A program made the translations under genes and the position numbers. Below the pieces are notes generated by a model, which saw only the letters and a list, made by a program, of their open reading frames with translations, was not told the origin of the DNA and ran no database searches. Source: Eledone cirrhosa (Eukaryota). From it: a stretch of DNA of 64,000 nucleotides. Of the stretch, positions 1 through 12,233 are shown in pieces. Positions within the stretch are counted from its first letter, which is position 1. Every line of letters begins with the position of its first letter. Location of the stretch: assembly GCA_964016885.1 (NCBI GenBank), contig OZ024758.1:34410001-34474000 (forward strand), in the 5' to 3' direction.

Positions 1-54
1 CATGGTACTAGCTGTCAGAAGTAACTCCAATGTTGGTGAGAATTCATTTAAGTT

Positions 55-3000
55 CATGGTATTAGCTGTCAGAAGTAACTCCACTGTTGGTGAGAATTCA
101 TTTAAGTTCATGGTACTAGCTGTCAGAAGTAACTCCACTGTTGGTGAGAATTCATTTAAGTTCATGGTATTAGCTGTCAGAAGTCACTCCAATGTTGGTG
201 AGAATTCATTTAAGTTCATGGTATTAGCTGTCAGAAGTCACTCCACTGTTGGTGAGAATTCATTTAAGTTCATGGTACTAGCTGTCAGAAGTAACCCCAA
301 TGTTGGTGAGAATTCATTTAAGTTCATGGTATTAGCTGTCAGAAGTCACTCCAATGTTGGTGAGAATTCATTTAAGTTCATGGTATTAGCTGTCAGAAGT
401 AACTCCACTGTTGGTGAGAATTCATTTAAGTTCATGGTACTAGCTGTCAGAAGTAACTCCAATGTTGGTGAGAATTCATTTAAGTTCATGGTATTAGTTT
501 GTCAGAAGTAACTCCACTGTTGGTGAGAATTCATTTAAGTCATGGTATTAGTTGTCAGAAGTAACTCCAATGTTGGTGAGAATTCATTTAAGTTCATGGT
601 ATTAGCTGTCAGAAGTAACTCCACTGTTGGTGAGAATTCATTTAAGTTCATGGTACTAGCTGTCAGAAGTAACTCCACTGTTGGTGAGAATTCATTTAAG
701 TCATGGTACTAGCTGTCAGAAGTAACTCCACTGTTGGTGAGAATTCATTTAAGTTCATGGTATTAGCTGTCAGAAGGAACGCCACTGTTGGTGAGAATTC
801 ATTTAAGTTCATGGTATTAGCTGTCAGAAGTAACTCCACTGTTGGTGAGAATTCATTTAAGTTCATGGTACTAGCTGTCAGAAGTAACTCCAATGTTGGT
901 GAGAATTCATTTAAGTTCGTGGTATTAGCTGTCAGAAGTAACTCCACTGTTGGTGAGAATTCATTTAAGTTCATGGTATTAGCTGTCAGAAGTAACTCCA
1001 CTGTTGGTGAGAATTCATTTAAGTTCATGGTATTAGCTGTCAGAAGTAACTCCACTGTTGGTGAGAATTCATTTAAGTTCATGGTATTAGCTGTCAGAAG
1101 GAACTCCAATGTTGGTGAGAATTCATTTAAGTCATGGTACTAGCTGTCAGAAGTAACTCCACTGTTGGTGAGAATTCATTTAAGTTCATGGTATTAGCTG
1201 TCAGAAGGAACGCCACAGTTGGTGAGAATTCATTTAAGTACATGGTATTAGCTGTCAGAAGTAACTCCACTGTTGGTGAGAATTCATTTAAGTTCATGGT
1301 ACTAGCTGTCAGAAGTAACTCCAATGTTGGTGAGAATTCATTTAAGTTCATGGTATTAGCTGTCTGAAGGAACTCCACTGTTGGTGAGAATTCATTTAAG
1401 TTCATGGTATTAGCTGTCAGAAGTAACTCCACTGTTGGTGAGAATTCATTTAAGTCATGGTATTAGCTGTCAGGAGTAACTCCATTGTTGGTGAGAATTC
1501 ATTTAAGTCATGGTACTAGCTATCAGAAGTAACTCCACTGTTGGTGAGAATTCATTTAAGTTCATGGTATTAGCTGTCAGAAGGAACTCCACTGTTGGTG
1601 AGAATTCATTTAAGTTCATGGTACTAGCTGTCAGAAGTAACTCCACTGTTGGTGAGAATTCATTTAAGTTCATGGTATTAGCTGTCAGAAGGAACTCCAC
1701 TGTTGGTGAGAATTCATTTAAGTCATGGTATTAGTTGTCATAAGTAACTCCAATGTTGGTGAGAATTCATTTAAGTCATGGTACTAGCTGTCAGAAGTAA
1801 CTCCAATGTTGGTGAGGATTCATTTAAGTTCATGGTATTAGCTGTCAGAAGTAACTCCACTGTTGGTGAGAATTCATTTAAGTTCATGGTACTAGCTGTC
1901 AGAAGTAACTCCAATGTTGGTGAGAATTCATTTAAGTTCATGGTATTAGCTGTCAGAAGGAACTCCACTGTTGGTGAGAATTCATTTAAGTTCATGGTAT
2001 TAGCTGTCAGAAGTAACTCCACTGTTGGTGAGAATTCATTTAAGTTCATGGTACTAGCTGTCAGAAGTAACTCCAATGTTGTTGAGAATTCATTTAAGTT
2101 CATGGTATTAGCTGTCAGAAGTAACTCCACTGTTGGTGAGAATTCATTTAAGTTCATGGTACTAGCTGTCAGAAGTAACTCCACTGTTGGTGAGAATTCA
2201 TTTAAGTTCATGGTACTAGCTGTCAGAAGTAAGTCCACTGTTGGTGAGAATTCATTTAAGTTCATGGTACTAGCTGTCAGAAGTAACTCCAATGTTGGTG
2301 AGAATTCATTTAAGTTCATGGTATTAGCTGTCAGAAGTAACTCCACTGTTGGTGAGAATTCATTTAAGTTCATGGTACTAGCTGTCAGAAGTAACTCCAC
2401 TGTTGGTGAGAATTCATTTAAGTTCATGGTATTAGCTGTCAGAAGTCACTCCAATGTTGGTGAGAATTCATTTAAGTTCATGGTATTAGCTGTCAGAAGT
2501 CACTCCACTGTTGGTGAGAATTCATTTAAGTTCATGGTATTAGCTGTCAGAAGTAACTCCACTGTTGGTGAGAATTCATTTAAGTTCATGGTACTAGCTG
2601 TCAGAAGTAACCCCAATGTTGGTGAGAATTCATTTAAGTTCATGGTATTAGCTGTCAGAAGTCACTCCACTGTTGGTGAGAATTCATTTAAGTTCATGGT
2701 ATTAGCTGTCAGAAGTAACTCCACTGTTGGTGAGAATTCATTTAAGTTCATGGTACTAGCTGTCAGAAGTAACCCCAATGTTGGTGAGAATTCATTTAAG
2801 TTCATGGTATTAGCTGTCAGAAGTAACTCCACTGTTGGTGAGAATTCATTTAAGTTCATGGTACTAGCTGTCAGAAGTAACTCCAATGTTGGTGAGAATT
2901 CATTTAAGTTCATGGTATTAGTTTGTCAGAAGTAACTCCACTGTTGGTGAGAATTCATTTAAGTCATGGTATTAGTTGTCAGAAGTAACTCCAATGTTGG

Positions 3001-6000
3001 TGAGAATTCATTTAAGTTCATGGTATTAGCTGTCAGAAGTAACTCCACTGTTGGTGAGAATTCATTTAAGTTCATGGTACTAGCTGTCAGAAGTAACTCC
3101 ACTGTTGGTGAGAATTCATTTAAGTCATGGTACTAGCTGTCAGAAGTAACTCCACTGTTGGTGAGAATTCATTTAAGTTCATGGTATTAGCTGTCAGAAG
3201 GAACGCCACTGTTGGTGAGAATTCATTTAAGTTCATGGTATTAGCTGTCAGAAGTAACTCCACTGTTGGTGAGAATTCATTTAAGTTCATGGTACCAGCT
3301 GTCAGAAGTAACTCCAATGTTGGTGAGAATTCATTTAAGTTCGTGGTATTAGCTGTCAGAAGTAACTCCACTGTTGGTGAGAATTCATTTAAGTTCATGG
3401 TATTAGCTGTCAGAAGTAACTCCACTGTTGGTGAGAATTCATTTAAGTTCATGGTATTAGCTGTCAGAAGTAACTCCACTGTTGGTGAGAATTCATTTAA
3501 GTTCATGGTATTAGCTGTCAGAAGGAACTCCAATGTTGGTGAGAATTCATTTAAGTCATGGTACTAGCTGTCAGAAGTAACTCCACTGTTGGTGAGAATT
3601 CATTTAAGTTCATGGTATTAGCTGTCAGAAGGAACGCCACAGTTGGTGAGAATTCATTTAAGTACATGGTATTAGCTGTCAGAAGTAACTCCACTGTTGG
3701 TGAGAATTCATTTAAGTTCATGGTACTAGCTGTCAGAAGTAACTCCAATGTTGGTGAGAATTCATTTAAGTTCATGGTATTAGCTGTCAGAAGGAACTCC
3801 ACTGTTGGTGAGAATTCATTTAAGTTCATGGTATTAGCTGTCAGAAGTAACTCCACTGTTGGTGAGAATTCATTTAAGTTCATGGTACTAGCTGTCAGAA
3901 GTAACTCCACTGTTGGTGAGAATTCATTTAAGTTCATGGTATTAGCTGTCAGAAGGAACTCCACTGTTGGTGAGAATTCATTTAAGTCATGGTATTAGTT
4001 GTCATAAGTAACTCCAATGTTGGTGAGAATTCATTTAAGTCATGGTACTAGCTGTCAGAAGTAACTCCAATGTTGGTGAGGATTCATTTAAGTTCATGGT
4101 ATTAGTTTGTCAGAAGTAACTCCACTGTTGGTGAGAATTCATTTAAGTCATGGTATTAGTTGTCAGAAGTAACTCCAATGTTGGTGAGAATTCATTTAAG
4201 TCATGGTACTAGCTGTCAGAAGTAACTCCAATGTTGGTGAGAATTCATTTAAGTTCATGGTATTAGCTGTCAGAAGTAACTCCACTGTTGGTGAGAATTC
4301 ATTTAAGTTCATGGTATTAGCTGTCAGAAGTAACTCCACTGTTGGTGAGAATTCATTTAAGTTCATGGTATTAGCTGTCAGAAGGAACTCCAATGTTGGT
4401 GAGAATTCATTTAAGTCATGGTACTAGCTGTCAGAAGTAACTCCACTGTTGGTGAGAATTCATTTAAGTTCATGGTATTAGCTGTCAGAAGGAACGCCAC
4501 TGTTGGTGAGAATTCATTTAAGTTCATGGTATTAGCTGTCAGAAGTAACTCCACTGTTGGTGAGAATTCATTTAAGTTCATGGTACTAGCTGTCAGAAGT
4601 AACTCCAATGTTGTTGATAATTCATTTAAGTTCATGGTATTAGCTGTCAGAAGTAACTCCACTGTTGGTGAGAATTCATTTAAGTTCATGGTACTAGCAG
4701 TCAGAAGTAACTCCACTGTTGGTGAGAATTCATTTAAGTTCATGGTACTAGCTGTCAGAAGTAAGTCCACTGTTGGTGAGAATTCATTTAAGTTCATGGT
4801 ACTAGCTGTCAGAACTAACTCCACTGTTGGTGAGAATTCATTTAAGTTCATGGTACTAGCTGTCAGAAGTAAGTCCACTGTTGGTGAGAATTCATTTAAG
4901 TTCATGGTACTAGCTGTCAGAAGTAACTCCACTGTTGGTGAGAATTCATTTAAGTTCATGGTACTAGCTGTCAGAAGTAAGTCCACTGTTGGTGAGAATT
5001 CATTTAAGTTCATGGTACTAGCTGTCAGAAGTAACTCCACTGTTGGTGAGAATTCATTTAAGTTCATGGTACTAGCTGTCAGAAGTAAGTCCACTGTTGG
5101 TGAGAATTCATTTAAGTTCATGGTACTAGCTGTCAGAAGTCACTCCAATGTTGGTGAGAATTCATTTAAGTTCATGGTATTAGCTGTCAGAAGTAACTCC
5201 ACTGTTGGTGAGAATTCATTTAAGTTCATGGTACTAGCTGTCAGAAGTAACTCCACTGTTGGTGAGAATTCATTTAAGTTCATGGTATTAGCTGTCAGAA
5301 GTCACTCCAATGTTGGTGAGAATTCATTTAAGTTCATGGTATTAGCTGTCAGAAGTCACTCCACTGTTGGTGAGAATTCATTTAAGTTCATGGTACTAGC
5401 TGTCAGAAGTAACCCCAATGTTGGTGAGAATTCATTTAAGTTCATGGTATTAGCTGTCAGAAGTCACTCCAATGTTGGTGAGAATTCATTTAAGTTCATG
5501 GTATTAGCTGTCAGAAGTAACTCCACTGTTGGTGAGAATTCATTTAAGTTCATGGTACTAGCTGTCAGAAGTAACTCCAATGTTGGTGAGAATTCATTTA
5601 AGTTCATGGTATTAGTTTGTCAGAAGTAACTCCACTGTTGGTGAGAATTCATTTAAGTCATGGTATTAGTTGTCAGAAGTAACTCCAATGTTGGTGAGAA
5701 TTCATTTAAGTTCATGGTATTAGCTGTCAGAAGTAACTCCACTGTTGGTGAGAATTCATTTAAGTTCATGGTACTAGCTGTCAGAAGTAACTCCACTGTT
5801 GGTGAGAATTCATTTAAGTCATGGTACTAGCTGTCAGAAGTAACTCCACTGTTGGTGAGAATTCATTTAAGTTCATGGTATTAGCTGTCAGAAGGAACGC
5901 CACTGTTGGTGAGAATTCATTTAAGTTCATGGTATTAGCTGTCAGAAGTAACTCCACTGTTGGTGAGAATTCATTTAAGTTCATGGTACTAGCTGTCAGA

Positions 6001-9000
6001 AGTAACTCCAATGTTGGTGAGAATTCATTTAAGTTCGTGGTATTAGCTGTCAGAAGTAACTCCACTGTTGGTGAGAATTCATTTAAGTTCATGGTATTAG
6101 CTGTCAGAAGTAACTCCACTGTTGGTGAGAATTCATTTAAGTTCATGGTATTAGCTGTCAGAAGTAACTCCACTGTTGGTGAGAATTCATTTAAGTTCAT
6201 GGTATTAGCTGTCAGAAGGAACTCCAATGTTGGTGAGAATTCATTTAAGTCATGGTACTAGCTGTCAGAAGTAACTCCACTGTTGGTGAGAATTCATTTA
6301 AGTTCATGGTATTAGCTGTCAGAAGGAACGCCACAGTTGGTGAGAATTCATTTAAGTACATGGTATTAGCTGTCAGAAGTAACTCCACTGTTGGTGAGAA
6401 TTCATTTAAGTTCATGGTACTAGCTGTCAGAAGTAACTCCAATGTTGGTGAGAATTCATTTAAGTTCATGGTATTAGCTGTCAGAAGGAACTCCACTGTT
6501 GGTGAGAATTCATTTAAGTTCATGGTATTAGCTGTCAGAAGTAACTCCACTGTTGGTGAGAATTCATTTAAGTCATGGTATTAGCTGTCAGAAGTAACTC
6601 CATTGTTGGTGAGAATTCATTTAAGTCATGGTACTAGCTATCAGAAGTAACTCCACTGTTGGTGAGAATTCATTTAAGTTCATGGTATTAGCTGTCAGAA
6701 GGAACTCCACTGTTGGTGAGAATTCATTTAAGTTCATGGTACTAGCTGTCAGAAGTAACTCCACTGTTGGTGAGAATTCATTTAAGTTCATGGTATTAGC
6801 TGTCAGAAGGAACTCCACTGTTGGTGAGAATTCATTTAAGTCATGGTATTAGTTGTCAGAAGTAACTCCAATGTTGGTGAGAATTCATTTAAGTCATGGT
6901 ACTAGCTGTCAGAAGTAACTCCAATGTTGGTGAGAATTCATTTAAGTTCATGGTATTAGCTGTCAGAAGTAACTCCACTGTTGGTGAGAATTCATTTAAG
7001 TTCATGGTATTAGCTGTCAGAAGTAACTCCACTGTTGGTGAGAATTCATTTAAGTTCATGGTATTAGCTGTCAGAAGTAACTCCACTGTTGGTGAGAATT
7101 CATTTAAGTTCATGGTATTAGCTGTCAGAAGGAACTCCAATGTTGGTGAGAATTCATTTAAGTCATGGTACTAGCTGTCAGAAGTAACTCCACTGTTGGT
7201 GAGAATTCATTTAAGTTCATGGTATTAGCTGTCAGAAGGAACGCCACTGTTGGTGAGAATTCATTTAAGTTCATGGTATTAGCTGTCAGAAGTAACTCCA
7301 CTGTTGGTGAGAATTCATTTAAGTTCATGGTACTAGCTGTCAGAAGTAACTCCACTGTTGGTGAGAATTCATTTAAGTTCATGGTACTAGCTGTCAGAAG
7401 TAAGTCCACTGTTGGTGAGAATTCATTTAAGTTCATGGTACTAGCTGTCAGAAGTAACTCCAATGTTGGTGAGAATTCATTTAAGTTCATGGTATTAGCT
7501 GTCAGAAGTAACTCCACTGTTGGTGAGAATTCATTTAAGTTCATGGTACTAGCTGTCAGAAGTAACTCCACTGTTGGTGAGAATTCATTTAAGTTCATGG
7601 TATTAGCTGTCAGAAGTCACTCCAATGTTGGTGAGAATTCATTTAAGTTCATGGTATTAGCTGTCAGAAGTCACTCCACTGTTGGTGAGAATTCATTTAA
7701 GTTCATGGTACTAGCTGTCAGAAGTAACCCCAATGTTGGTGAGAATTCATTTAAGTTCATGGTATTAGCTGTCAGAAGTCACTCCAATGTTGGTGAGAAT
7801 TCATTTAAGTTCATGGTATTAGCTGTCAGAAGTAACTCCACTGTTGGTGAGAATTCATTTAAGTTCATGGTATTAGCTGTCAGAAGGAACTCCAATGTTG
7901 GTGAGAATTCATTTAAGTCATGGTACTAGCTGTCAGAAGTAACTCCACTGTTGGTGAGAATTCATTTAAGTTCATGGTATTAGCTGTCAGAAGGAACGCC
8001 ACAGTTGGTGAGAATTCATTTAAGTTCATGGTATTAGCTGTCAGAAGTAACTCCACTGTTGGTGAGAATTCATTTAAGTTCATGGTACTAGCTGTCAGAA
8101 GTAACTCCAATGTTGGTGAGAATTCATTTAAGTTCATGGTATTAGCTGTCAGAAGGAACTCCACTGTTGGTGAGAATTCATTGAAGTTCATGGTATTAGC
8201 TGTCAGAAGTAACTCCACTGTTGGTGAGAATTCATTTAAGTTCATGGTACTAGTTGTCAGAAGTAACTCCACTGTTGGTAAGAATTCATTTTAGTTCATG
8301 GTATTAGTTGTCAGAAGTAACTCCACTGTTGGTGAGAATTCATTTAAGTCATGGTATTAGTTGTCAGAAGTAACTCCAATGTTGGTGAGAATTCATTTAA
8401 GTTCATGGTACTAGCTGTCAGAAGTAACTCCACTGTTGGTGAGAATTCATTTAAGTTCATGGTATTAGCTGCCAGAAGTAACTCCACTGTTGGTGAGAAT
8501 TCATTTAAGTCATGGTATTAGCTGTCAGAAGTAACTCCATTGTTGGTGAGAATTCATTTAAGTCATGGTACTAGCTATCAGAAGTAACTCCACTGTTGGT
8601 GAGAATTCATTTAAGTTCATGGTATTAGCTGTCAGAAGGAACTCCACTGTTGGTGAGAATTCATTTAAGTCATGGTATTAGTTGTCATAAGTAACTCCAA
8701 TGTTGGTGAGAATTCATTTAAGTCATGGTACTAGCTGTCAGAAGTAACTCCAATGTTGGTGAGAATTCATTTAAGTCATGGTACTAGCTGTCAGAAGTAA
8801 CTCCACTGTTGGTGAGAATTCATTTAAGTTCATGGTATTAGCTGTCAGAAGTAACTCCACTGTTGGTGAGAATTCATTTAAGTTCATGGTATTAGCTGTC
8901 AGAAGGAACTCCAATGTTGGTGAGAATTCATTTAAGTCATGGTACTAGCTGTCAGAAGTAACTCCACTGTTGGTGAGAATTCATTTAAGTTCATGGTATT

Positions 9001-12000
9001 AGCTGTCAGAAGGAACGCCACAGTTGGTGAGAATTCATTTAAGTACATGGTATTAGCTGTCAGAAGTAACTCCACTGTTGGTGAGAATTCATTTAAGTTC
9101 ATGGTACTAGCTGTCAGAAGTAACTCCAATGTTGGTGAGAATTCATTTAAGTTCATGGTATTAGCTGTCAGAAGGAACTCCACTGTTGGTGAGAATTCAT
9201 TTAAGTTCATGGTATTAGCTGTCAGAAGTAACTCCACTGTTGGTGAGAATTCATTTAAGTTCATGGTACTAGCTGTCAGAAGTAACTCCACTGTTGGTGA
9301 GAATTCATTTAAGTTCATGGTATTAGCTGTCAGAAGGAACTCCACTGTTGGTGAGAATTCATTTAAGTCATGGTATTAGTTGTCATAAGTAACTCCAATG
9401 TTGGTGAGAATTCATTTAAGTCATGGTACTAGCTGTCAGAAGTAACTCCAATGTTGGTGAGGATTCATTTAAGTTCATGGTATTAGTTTGTCAGAAGTAA
9501 CTCCACTGTTGGTGAGAATTCATTTAAGTCATGGTATTAGTTGTCAGAAGTAACTCCAATGTTGGTGAGAATTCATTTAAGTCATGGTACTAGCTGTCAG
9601 AAGTAACTCCAATGTTGGTGAGAATTCATTTAAGTTCATGGTATTAGCTGTCAGAAGTAACTCCACTGTTGGTGAGAATTCATTTAAGTTCATGGTATTA
9701 GCTGTCAGAAGTAACTCCACTGTTGGTGAGAATTCATTTAAGTTCATGGTATTAGCTGTCAGAAGGAACTCCAATGTTGGTGAGAATTCATTTAAGTCAT
9801 GGTACTAGCTGTCAGAAGTAACTCCACTGTTGGTGAGAATTCATTTAAGTTCATGGTATTAGCTGTCAGAAGGAACGCCACTGTTGGTGAGAATTCATTT
9901 AAGTTCATGGTATTAGCTGTCAGAAGTAACTCCACTGTTGGTGAGAATTCATTTAAGTTCATGGTACTAGCTGTCAGAAGTAACTCCAATGTTGTTGATA
10001 ATTCATTTAAGTTCATGGTATTAGCTGTCAGAAGTAACTCCACTGTTGGTGAGAATTCATTTAAGTTCATGGTACTAGCTGTCAGAAGTAACTCCACTGT
10101 TGGTGAGAATTCATTTAAGTTCATGGTACTAGCTGTCAGAAGTAAGTCCACTGTTGGTGAGAATTCATTTAAGTTCATGGTACTAGCTGTCAGAACTAAC
10201 TCCACTGTTGGTGAGAATTCATTTAAGTTCATGGTACTAGCTGTCAGAAGTAAGTCCACTGTTGGTGAGAATTCATTTAAGTTCATGGTACTAGCTGTCA
10301 GAAGTAACTCCACTGTTGGTGAGAATTCATTTAAGTTCATGGTACTAGCTGTCAGAAGTAAGTCCACTGTTGGTGAGAATTCATTTAAGTTCATGGTACT
10401 AGCTGTCAGAAGTAACTCCACTGTTGGTGAGAATTCATTTAAGTTCATGGTACTAGCTGTCAGAAGTAAGTCCACTGTTGGTGAGAATTCATTTAAGTTC
10501 ATGGTACTAGCTGTCAGAAGTCACTCCAATGTTGGTGAGAATTCATTTAAGTTCATGGTATTAGCTGTCAGAAGTAACTCCACTGTTGGTGAGAATTCAT
10601 TTAAGTTCATGGTACTAGCTGTCAGAAGTAACTCCACTGTTGGTGAGAATTCATTTAAGTTCATGGTATTAGCTGTCAGAAGTCACTCCAATGTTGGTGA
10701 GAATTCATTTAAGTTCATGGTATTAGCTGTCAGAAGTCACTCCACTGTTGGTGAGAATTCATTTAAGTTCATGGTACTAGCTGTCAGAAGTAACCCCAAT
10801 GTTGGTGAGAATTCATTTAAGTTCATGGTATTAGCTGTCAGAAGTCACTCCAATGTTGGTGAGAATTCATTTAAGTTCATGGTATTAGCTGTCAGAAGTA
10901 ACTCCACTGTTGGTGAGAATTCATTTAAGTTCATGGTACTAGCTGTCAGAAGTAACTCCAATGTTGGTGAGAATTCATTTAAGTTCATGGTATTAGTTTG
11001 TCAGAAGTAACTCCACTGTTGGTGAGAATTCATTTAAGTCATGGTATTAGTTGTCAGAAGTAAATCCAATGTTGGTGAGAATTCATTTAAGTTCATGGTA
11101 TTAGCTGTCAGAAGTAACTCCACTGTTGGTGAGAATTCATTTAAGTTCATGGTACTAGCTGTCAGAAGTAACTCCACTGTTGGTGAGAATTCATTTAAGT
11201 CATGGTACTAGCTGTCAGAAGTAACTCCACTGTTGGTGAGAATTCATTTAAGTTCATGGTATTAGCTGTCAGAAGGAACGCCACTGTTGGTGAGAATTCA
11301 TTTAAGTTCATGGTATTAGCTGTCAGAAGTAACTCCACTGTTGGTGAGAATTCATTTAAGTTCATGGTACTAGCTGTCAGAAGTAACTCCAATGTTGGTG
11401 AGAATTCATTTAAGTTCGTGGTATTAGCTGTCAGAAGTAACTCCACTGTTGGTGAGAATTCATTTAAGTTCATGGTATTAGCTGTCAGAAGTAACTCCAC
11501 TGTTGGTGAGAATTCATTTAAGTTCATGGTATTAGCTGTCAGAAGTAACTCCACTGTTGGTGAGAATTCATTTAAGTTCATGGTATTAGCTGTCAGAAGG
11601 AACTCCAATGTTGGTGAGAATTCATTTAAGTCATGGTACTAGCTGTCAGAAGTAACTCCACTGTTGGTGAGAATTCATTTAAGTTCATGGTATTAGCTGT
11701 CAGAAGGAACGCCACAGTTGGTGAGAATTCATTTAAGTACATGGTATTAGCTGTCAGAAGTAACTCCACTGTTGGTGAGAATTCATTTAAGTTCATGGTA
11801 CTAGCTGTCAGAAGTAACTCCAATGTTGGTGAGAATTCATTTAAGTTCATGGTATTAGCTGTCAGAAGGAACTCCACTGTTGGTGAGAATTCATTTAAGT
11901 TCATGGTATTAGCTGTCAGAAGTAACTCCACTGTTGGTGAGAATTCATTTAAGTCATGGTATTAGCTGTCAGAAGTAACTCCATTGTTGGTGAGAATTCA

Positions 12001-12233
12001 TTTAAGTCATGGTACTAGCTATCAGAAGTAACTCCACTGTTGGTGAGAATTCATTTAAGTTCATGGTATTAGCTGTCAGAAGGAACTCCACTGTTGGTGA
12101 GAATTCATTTAAGTTCATGGTACTAGCTGTCAGAAGTAACTCCACTGTTGGTGAGAATTCATTTAAGTTCATGGTATTAGCTGTCAGAAGGAACTCCACT
12201 GTTGGTGAGAATTCATTTAAGTCATGGTATTAG
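55..12233. repeat. Higher-order block in three copies (55-1734, 5173-6852, 10554-12233; offsets 5118 and 5381 bp) plus a partial copy at +2424
   Basis: Same variant order and matching ORFs: 703/3127/5821/11202, 1134/6252/11633, 1510/6628/12009. Shared markers are TTCGTGG, AGTACATG and GCTATC. Confidence 0.9.
3551..12233. repeat. Block duplication 3551-6852 -> 8932-12233 (offset 5381 bp = 100 monomers)
   Basis: ORF pairs 3558/8939, 4203/9584, 4418/9799, 5821/11202, 6252/11633 and 6628/12009 all differ by 5381. Both copies share the rare variants GTTGTTGATAA and AGAACTAAC. Confidence 0.93.

Noticed and set aside
39-44. EcoRI site (GAATTC) in nearly every unit suggesting a synthetic concatemer or cloning artefact
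   Set aside because: Ligated fragments would show mixed orientation and no hierarchical shared variants. Several units have lost the site (GAGGATTC, GAATAC, GAAGTC, GATAATTC).
39-57. Internal 11-bp-spaced sub-repeat GAATTCAT / AAGTTCAT hinting at a shorter ancestral unit
   Set aside because: Only 5-6 matching bases, and the rest of the monomer shows no clear 9-, 11-, 18- or 27-bp periodicity.
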